Below, one piece after another: positions 38,067-43,884 of a stretch of 43,884 nucleotides of DNA. How positions within the stretch are numbered: position 1 is the first letter of the stretch; each line of letters opens with the position of its first letter. The position numbers and the translations under genes are program-made. Below the pieces are notes generated by a model. The model was given only the letters and a program-made list of their open reading frames with translations, made no database searches and was not told the origin of the DNA. Source of the DNA: a virus (taxonomy: Duplodnaviria; Caudoviricetes); the IMG/VR virus record IMGVR_UViG_3300032373_001161, positions 1 to 43,884 of that record, one strand, 5' to 3'.

Positions 38067-39434
38067 ATGACCGACGAACTCGAATACCGGCTCGCGATGG
38101 CGGGCCGGAATGGATATCTGCGTCATCTGCTATATCGCCCGCATGTCTCCGCACTGGTCTGGGAAGACAGCGGCGAGCCGGTGAGCCTCGCAGCGGTCGG
38201 AATGGACTACGCCCGAGCGGATCGGGAATGGTCGAGAGCGTTCGCCGTCAGCCCGGACAACCCCGCGCCCAAGTCGCGCGAGGTGCGCGTGCTCAAGATC
38301 CAGATGGGTCTCAAGTGCAACTACGCCTGCGCCTATTGCAATCAGGCGAGCCATCCCCACGAGATCCAGGGCAACCTTGATGATGTCGAGGCGTTTCTCG
38401 GCAACCTGCCGACCTGGTTCGACGGCGCTGACGGGAAGGGTTTGCGGATCGAGTTCTGGGGTGGTGAGCCTTTCGTCTATTGGAAGGCGCTGAGAGCGCT
38501 CGGCGACAGTCTGCGGTCGGCCTATCCGCTGGCCGACTTCAACATCATCACCAACGGTTCGCTCATCGACGATGAGAAGATCGAGTGGCTGGACCGCCTA
38601 GGGTTCCACGTCGGAATCAGTCATGACGGACCCGGCCAGGCGACCTCTCGCGGCCCGGACCCGCTCGATGATCCGGTCAGATGCGCGGCTATCCGTAAGC
38701 TCTACGATCGGCTGTTTCCAAAGGGGCATATCGGTTTCAACTGCGTCGTGACGCGGGACTTTCGCTCGCTCGTGGCGGTGCGAGAGCATATCGGAGGGCG
38801 TCTCGGTATCGACCCGGGAGACGTTCCACTTTGCACGGAAGAGCTTCTCCTGCCCTACGATCTGGGCGGTCTCGGGCTGTCCCCTGGGAATGCCGATGAG
38901 CATGACGCGATCCTGCAGGAAGTCTGGTGGGAGGCGGTGACGGGCCGGTCCATGTCGGTCACCACGATCCGGCGCAAATGCGAGGACTTCTTCCGCTCGC
39001 TTAGCCAGGGCCGCCCCGCATCGACCCTTGGCCAGAAGTGCGGCATGGATCGCCCCGAGAACATCGCCGTCGATCTGAAAGGCAACGTGATAACCTGTCA
39101 GAATACCAGTGCCGGCACGCGGCACCGGATCGGTCACGTCGACGACTTCGAGAACATTCGCCTCGATACGGCGCATCACTGGTCGACGCGGGCCGAGTGT
39201 ACGAACTGCCCGGTCGTGCAGATATGCAAGGGAGCCTGCTTCTACCTTGAGGACGATCTCTGGCGGCAGGCCTGCGACAACAGCTTCACCTGGAATCTCG
39301 CCATGCTCGCCGTGTCGCTCTACTGGTTGACCCGCCTGGTGTTGGTCGAGATCGAGGGACCTGTGCTGCGACGGCCCGAACTTCCTCAGAAGATCCGAGT
39401 CATTCGCCAACCGGCCGAACAGACGGTGGTCTGA
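38067..39434 (+). CDS. Radical SAM enzyme with SPASM domain and about 75-aa N-terminal extension
   Basis: CNYACAYC, FWGGEPF, ITNGSL, ISHDGP; SPASM pattern KC..DLKGNVITC..CTNCPVVQICKGAC..C. Confidence 0.93.
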   Translation: MTDELEYRLAMAGRNGYLRHLLYRPHVSALVWEDSGEPVSLAAVGMDYARADREWSRAFAVSPDNPAPKSREVRVLKIQMGLKCNYACAYCNQASHPHEIQGNLDDVEAFLGNLPTWFDGADGKGLRIEFWGGEPFVYWKALRALGDSLRSAYPLADFNIITNGSLIDDEKIEWLDRLGFHVGISHDGPGQATSRGPDPLDDPVRCAAIRKLYDRLFPKGHIGFNCVVTRDFRSLVAVREHIGGRLGIDPGDVPLCTEELLLPYDLGGLGLSPGNADEHDAILQEVWWEAVTGRSMSVTTIRRKCEDFFRSLSQGRPASTLGQKCGMDRPENIAVDLKGNVITCQNTSAGTRHRIGHVDDFENIRLDTAHHWSTRAECTNCPVVQICKGACFYLEDDLWRQACDNSFTWNLAMLAVSLYWLTRLVLVEIEGPVLRRPELPQKIRVIRQPAEQTVV

Positions 39435-39440
39435 ACAGCC

Positions 39441-39983
39441 ATGCCCGATCCTTCGCTTTCCGCCGCGATCCGCGAAGCCTACGCCGCCGCGCCTTCCGAC
39501 GTGGTGATCCTGCATACCCTTGAACTCCGTCACCCTGCCTTCGTGGACGACGCCGGTAATCCTACTGCCATCCGCGTTGTGCGGGATCATGCCGACCTGA
39601 CGGCAAGGCTGGAGGCGGGTGCGCCTCTCGATGGTGGGGCCAAGGTGATGTTTATCGCCCTGGCCTTCGATCTGTCGCTTCCGCCGGTCGACACCGCGCC
39701 GGTGCCGGAGATCACGGTGACGCTGGACAATGTCTCCAGAGAGATCGTTCGCCACCTGGACGCTGCGGTGGCGACGCAGGACAAGATCGAGATTACATAC
39801 CGACCCTATCTCTCCAGCGATCTGGAAGGGCCGCAGATGGACCCGCCGATCACCCTGGTGCTGACCGAGGTCGAGGCCAACGCGCTCCAGGTCGCAGGCC
39901 GGGCGCGAATGCTTGACATCGGCAACAAGGCGTTTCCGTCGGAGACCTATACGGCGAAGCGGTTTCCGGGGTTGGCGAGATGA
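39441..39983 (+). CDS. Minor tail protein (DUF1833, gpL-like)
   Basis: AIREAYAAAP...HTLELRHP, TLDNVSREI, YRPYLSSDL..P, FP.ETY....FPGL. Confidence 0.8.
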   Translation: MPDPSLSAAIREAYAAAPSDVVILHTLELRHPAFVDDAGNPTAIRVVRDHADLTARLEAGAPLDGGAKVMFIALAFDLSLPPVDTAPVPEITVTLDNVSREIVRHLDAAVATQDKIEITYRPYLSSDLEGPQMDPPITLVLTEVEANALQVAGRARMLDIGNKAFPSETYTAKRFPGLAR

Positions 39984-40429
39984 CACATTGGGCTGAACGC
40001 TATATCGGCATTCCCTGGTCTACCACCGGGGAAGGGCCGGCAAGAGGCGAGGACGGCGGTACGCCGGACCGGGAAACATGGAGTTTTCATTGCTGGGCTT
40101 TCGTGCGCCATATCCAGGAGAAGCACTTCGGGAGGATCCTGCCGGGCATCCCCAATCCGGAGGACATTCTCTCCATCGCCAGGGACTTCCGTGATCACCC
40201 GGAACGGCGGCGTTGGGATCTGGTGAAAGTCCCAGCCGAAGGCGACTGCGTGCTCATGCGCCAGGCTCGCTATCCCATCCATGTCGGCGTGTGGCTCGAC
40301 GTGGATGCCAAGGGAAATGAGTGCGGTGTCCTCCATTGCTCCCAAGAGGCCGGGGTGGCGTTTCAATCCCTTACTTCACTGGCCATCAACGGCTGGCGAA
40401 CCGAAGGTTTTTACAGGTTTATCGGATAA
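39980..40429 (+). CDS. NlpC/P60 tail assembly protein (gpK-like)
   Basis: YIGIPW, FHCWAFV (catalytic Cys), HVGV, VLHC. Confidence 0.82.
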   Translation: MTHWAERYIGIPWSTTGEGPARGEDGGTPDRETWSFHCWAFVRHIQEKHFGRILPGIPNPEDILSIARDFRDHPERRRWDLVKVPAEGDCVLMRQARYPIHVGVWLDVDAKGNECGVLHCSQEAGVAFQSLTSLAINGWRTEGFYRFIG

Positions 40430-42750
40430 TGCGTGCCATCGTCGTCATGATGAACAACCCGTTCTGTCCGGAGCGGGGCCGGGAAGTGCTGCCCGTGGCG
40501 CGGCCGGTTTCCGTACGGGATTGGCTGGACAAACGAGAGATCGGGGAGTTTCAGCGACCGACCATCTGCCTTCATAACGGACAAGCCTTGCTGCGGGCCG
40601 ACTGGGATATCACGGTCATTAATGATGGTGATGTGGTGGCCTTCGTCGCCCTGCCTCGTGGTGGTGGCGGGGGCGGGGGCGGCAAAAACCCACTTAAGAC
40701 CGTCCTTTCCATCGCCTTGATGGTGGCGGCCCCGGGCTTGGGGGGCGCACTCGCAGGGTCATTAGGGCTCACCGGAAGCCTGTTCGCCGGGACCGCCTTC
40801 GAGATCGGCTGGGGCACGGTGCTGGGCGGCGTCATAACGCTTGCCGGGTCCGCCTTGATCAACGCTGTCATTCCTGCACCCAGGCCTTCGGTGGCGTCCA
40901 TGAGCTTCGGTTCTGTCGGCGCGCCGCCGGCGCCGAGCCCGACCTATTCCCTGTCGGCACAAGGCAACGAGGCGCGTCTCGGCCAGCCGATCCCGGTGCT
41001 CTATGGGCGCCACCTGATCTATCCGGACCTGGCCACCCAGCCCTATCAGGAGTTCGCGGGGGGCGACCAGTATCTCCATCAACTTCACGTCATTGGTCAG
41101 GGTGAATACGACCTGGAGCAATTGCGCATTGAGGACACACCCATCGCGTCCTTCGAAGAGGTGATTTACGAGGTTGTCGGTCCCGGCGGTTCCGTCACCC
41201 TGTTCGAGACCGACGTGATCACGGCGCCCGAGGTGGCAGGCCAGGAATTACTGAGCACCGGCGACGGCGGTGGGTTCGTCGGTCCGTTCGCAGTCAATCC
41301 GACCGCGACCCAGGCCGGAAATCTCGGCATTGACGCCATATTCCCGCGCGGTCTCTATTACGCCAATGACGCGGGTGGGCTGGATGCCCGCACAATAACC
41401 TGGGATGTGCAGGCCCGGACCATCGACGATGACGGTGTTGCTACCGGCGCCTGGGTTACGCTGGCCAGTGAGACCCATACGGCGGCGACCAATACCGCCA
41501 TCCGGCTCAGTTTCAAATACCCGGTCACGTCTGGACGTTACGAGGTCCAACTCCTACGCACCGACGCCAAAGACACATCTTCGCGTGCCGGACACGAACT
41601 ACGCTGGGGGGCGCTCCGGGCATATCTGGGGGGCACGCCGGACTTCGGCGACGTGACCCTACTGGCGGTTAAGATGCGGGCCACCGACAACCTGTCGCAG
41701 CGCTCGTCGCGCATGATCAACTGCATCGTCACCCGCAGGCTGTCCGTCTGGGACCCGATAACGGGATGGAGCGCGTCCGCGCCCACCCGGTCCATCGCCT
41801 GGGCTTTCGCCGACGCCTGCCGGGCAGCCTATGGCGCCAAGCTGGCTGACATCCGAATCGATCTCGCTGCTCTGCATGCGCTGGACCAGGTCTGGACGGC
41901 CAGGGGAGACGAGTTCAACGGCGTCTTCGACTCATCGATGACCGTGTGGGAGGCCTTGATCCGCATCACCCGCTGTGGCCGCGCCGTGCCGGTGCTGCAA
42001 GGGGGCATCGTGCGGATATTCCGGGATGCTGCTCAAACCCTGCCCATCGCCATGTTTGGCCCTCGCAATATCGTCAAGGGGTCCTTCAAGATTCAATACA
42101 TCATGCCCGGTGAGGAAACGGCCGACGCGGTGACCGTCGCCTTTTTCAATGCGCGGACCTGGAAGCAAGACGAAGTGACGGCGCAATTGGCCGACAGCGC
42201 CGCCGAGAAGCCGGCCAAGGTGACCCTGTTCGGCTGCACGGATGAGATCCAAGCCCAGCGGGAAGGCCTCTACATGGCCGCCGATAATCGCTATCGCCGC
42301 AAGCTGGTCTCCTGGTCAACGGAATTGGAGGGAATGATTCCGACCTATGGCGACCTGGTCGCCGTTACCCATGACATGCCCCACTGGGGCCAGGGTGGTG
42401 AGGTGGTTGATTGGGACGAGCAAGCGCAAGTGCTGACCCTCTCCGAACCTCTGACCTGGGAGGCAAACGCCGGCCATTACATCGCCCTTCGTCGCCGCGA
42501 CGGATCTCTCGCGGGGCCGTTCCTGGTGGAATCCGTGGTCGGCAATGACCGGCAGGTCCACCTCCTGGAGGCATTGGACATCACCCCCTACACAGACACG
42601 TCCGAAGAACGCACCCATTTTGCCTTCGGGGCGGGGGAGGCCTGGGGAACCAAGGCCCGGGTGATCGCCGTCAAGCCGCGTGGCGAAAATGTCGAAATCA
42701 CCGCCGTCGCCGAGGACAACGCCGTTCACACCGCCGATCTCGCAGCCTGA
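40429..42750 (+). CDS. Tail tip/host-specificity protein J with fused N-terminal gpI-like (ubiquitin-fold) part
   Basis: DGDVVAFVALPRGGGG, N.ARLGQPIPVLYG, TRSIAWA, GDLVAV; TAATG coupling, ATG 40429; 773 aa. Confidence 0.85.
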   Translation: MRAIVVMMNNPFCPERGREVLPVARPVSVRDWLDKREIGEFQRPTICLHNGQALLRADWDITVINDGDVVAFVALPRGGGGGGGGKNPLKTVLSIALMVAAPGLGGALAGSLGLTGSLFAGTAFEIGWGTVLGGVITLAGSALINAVIPAPRPSVASMSFGSVGAPPAPSPTYSLSAQGNEARLGQPIPVLYGRHLIYPDLATQPYQEFAGGDQYLHQLHVIGQGEYDLEQLRIEDTPIASFEEVIYEVVGPGGSVTLFETDVITAPEVAGQELLSTGDGGGFVGPFAVNPTATQAGNLGIDAIFPRGLYYANDAGGLDARTITWDVQARTIDDDGVATGAWVTLASETHTAATNTAIRLSFKYPVTSGRYEVQLLRTDAKDTSSRAGHELRWGALRAYLGGTPDFGDVTLLAVKMRATDNLSQRSSRMINCIVTRRLSVWDPITGWSASAPTRSIAWAFADACRAAYGAKLADIRIDLAALHALDQVWTARGDEFNGVFDSSMTVWEALIRITRCGRAVPVLQGGIVRIFRDAAQTLPIAMFGPRNIVKGSFKIQYIMPGEETADAVTVAFFNARTWKQDEVTAQLADSAAEKPAKVTLFGCTDEIQAQREGLYMAADNRYRRKLVSWSTELEGMIPTYGDLVAVTHDMPHWGQGGEVVDWDEQAQVLTLSEPLTWEANAGHYIALRRRDGSLAGPFLVESVVGNDRQVHLLEALDITPYTDTSEERTHFAFGAGEAWGTKARVIAVKPRGENVEITAVAEDNAVHTADLAA

Positions 42751-42778
42751 TTAACCCCCAAAACCAAGGAACCAGAAA

Positions 42779-43066
42779 ATGAACCGACCGTCCATGGAGG
42801 ACGGGCATGTGCTCATGCCCGAAGAGGAGTTCGAGGAACTCCTGGAACTGGCCGCCCAGCGCGGAGCCAAGAAAGCCCTCGCCAATGTTGGCCTTGTTGA
42901 TGAACACGCCGCCAATGACATCCGGGATCTCCGGTCCCTTTTGGGAGCGTTTCGCGTCGCCAAACACACCGCCTGGTCGACCGTTGTCAGGCTGATCACC
43001 ACCGGATTGATCCTGGCGCTCATGGCCGGTGTCGCCATCAAGCTCAAGCTCTTCGGGGGCCAGTGA
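42779..43066 (+). CDS. DUF6127-like membrane protein (putative holin/antiholin)
   Basis: AAQRGAKKALANVGL.D..AA.DIRDLRSLL plus a single C-terminal TM helix; directly upstream of the endolysin. Confidence 0.7.
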   Translation: MNRPSMEDGHVLMPEEEFEELLELAAQRGAKKALANVGLVDEHAANDIRDLRSLLGAFRVAKHTAWSTVVRLITTGLILALMAGVAIKLKLFGGQ

Positions 43067-43458
43067 TGCCGAGTTTTTCAGAAAAATCGATTTCCAAGCT
43101 CGCCACCTGTGATGCGCGCCTACAGCGGGTATTCCATGAGGTGGTCAGGAACTTCGACTGCACCATTCTCGAAGGCCATCGGGACAAGGAACGCCAGAAC
43201 CAGATGGTGGATGAGGGCAAGAGCCAGGTTCGCTGGCCGGACGGCAAGCACAACACCGTGCCGTCCATGGCGGTGGACGTGACGCCTTATCCCGTCGTCT
43301 GGGACGACCGGGAGCGCCAAACCCTGTTTGCCGGCTTCGTGCTGGCGACCGCCAAGGCCATCGGGATTGACCTTCGTTGGGGTGGTGATTGGGACCGCGA
43401 CACCGAGGTTCGGGACAATTCCTTCGATGACCTCGTCCACTTTGAAATCGTGGAGTGA
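43066..43458 (+). CDS. Endolysin, M15 peptidase (L-Ala-D-Glu peptidase-like)
   Basis: EGHR...RQ, KHN..PSMAVD, RWGGDW, D..HFE. Confidence 0.88.
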   Translation: MPSFSEKSISKLATCDARLQRVFHEVVRNFDCTILEGHRDKERQNQMVDEGKSQVRWPDGKHNTVPSMAVDVTPYPVVWDDRERQTLFAGFVLATAKAIGIDLRWGGDWDRDTEVRDNSFDDLVHFEIVE

Positions 43459-43461
43459 ACT

Positions 43462-43884
43462 ATGCTGAACAAGATATTCGGATCGATCATTGGTGGCGGG
43501 GTCGTCTCGGCTGCAGAGGGCGTCGCCAACATCATCGACCAGTTCGTCGAAACCGACGACGAAAAACGCGCCGCCGAGGTCATTAAAGCCAAGATGATGA
43601 TGAAGCCAAGTCTGGCTCAGATCGAACTCAACAAGATCGAGGCCGGGCACCGCTCAATCTTCGTCGCCGGCTGGCGTCCGTTTATTGGCTGGGTGTGCGG
43701 CTTTGCGCTGCTCTGGCACTTTATACTGTTCGATTTTCTGACCTGGATCACGGTGAACTACTTCCCCCATGTCACGGCGTTGCCGGAACTGACGGGCACC
43801 GAGACGCTTGTCACCGTGCTGCTCTCGCTGCTCGGCCTGGGAGCCATGCGGACGGCGGAGAAGTTTGGAGGGCGAGCCAAATAA
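43462..43884 (+). CDS. Holin (3TM/GTA-holin-like)
   Basis: FVAGWRPFIGWVCG and LLGLGAMRTAEK motifs; hydrophobic helices. Confidence 0.85.
   Translation: MLNKIFGSIIGGGVVSAAEGVANIIDQFVETDDEKRAAEVIKAKMMMKPSLAQIELNKIEAGHRSIFVAGWRPFIGWVCGFALLWHFILFDFLTWITVNYFPHVTALPELTGTETLVTVLLSLLGLGAMRTAEKFGGRAK

Larger units (their letters stand above)
1..43884. mobile_element. Lambda-like (siphovirus) prophage, most of genome; boundaries not visible
   Basis: Ordered regulation, replication, packaging, head, tail and lysis modules. No integrase or att site in the window. Whether 1-5867 lies inside the element is inferred from its translational coupling to the repressor operon. Confidence 0.93.

Noticed and set aside
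37047-39434. rSAMs as DNA-modification (QueE), NrdG activase or cofactor biosynthesis enzymes
   Set aside because: Both have full SPASM Cys sets, and there are no queC, queD, folE, nrdD, pqq or sulfatase partners in the window; the context is the tail operon.

Overview
The window holds most of a lambda-like siphovirus prophage in GC-rich DNA; the gene content suggests an alphaproteobacterial host (inference). No integrase or att site is visible. The left end is a leftward operon of four overlapping genes: a CapH-like HTH repressor, a CapP/IrrE-like metallopeptidase, a small PD-(D/E)XK-like protein and a 1785-aa GHKL-ATPase/DUF3883 protein (candidate defence cargo). A twin-palindrome operator separates it from the rightward genes. 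These run through two unknown early genes, an excisionase-like HTH, a Sak4/SSB/helicase/Cas4-like/primase-helicase replication module, an iteron-like origin, RuvC, a late regulator, a cos-like site, a ParB-methyltransferase, terminase, lambda-type head and tail genes (with a -1 frameshifted tail chaperone), and lysis genes. The most striking feature is a four-gene cassette inside the tail-tip operon (34945-39434). It encodes a tail-fibre-like protein ending in a RiPP-precursor-like (N/D/A)-C repeat with 11 Cys in 29 aa, an unknown protein with an Ig-like C-terminus, and two radical SAM/SPASM enzymes. This suggests enzymatic post-translational modification of a phage receptor-binding fibre, or a fibre-fused RiPP. 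All product calls come from motif recognition by eye; no searches were run.
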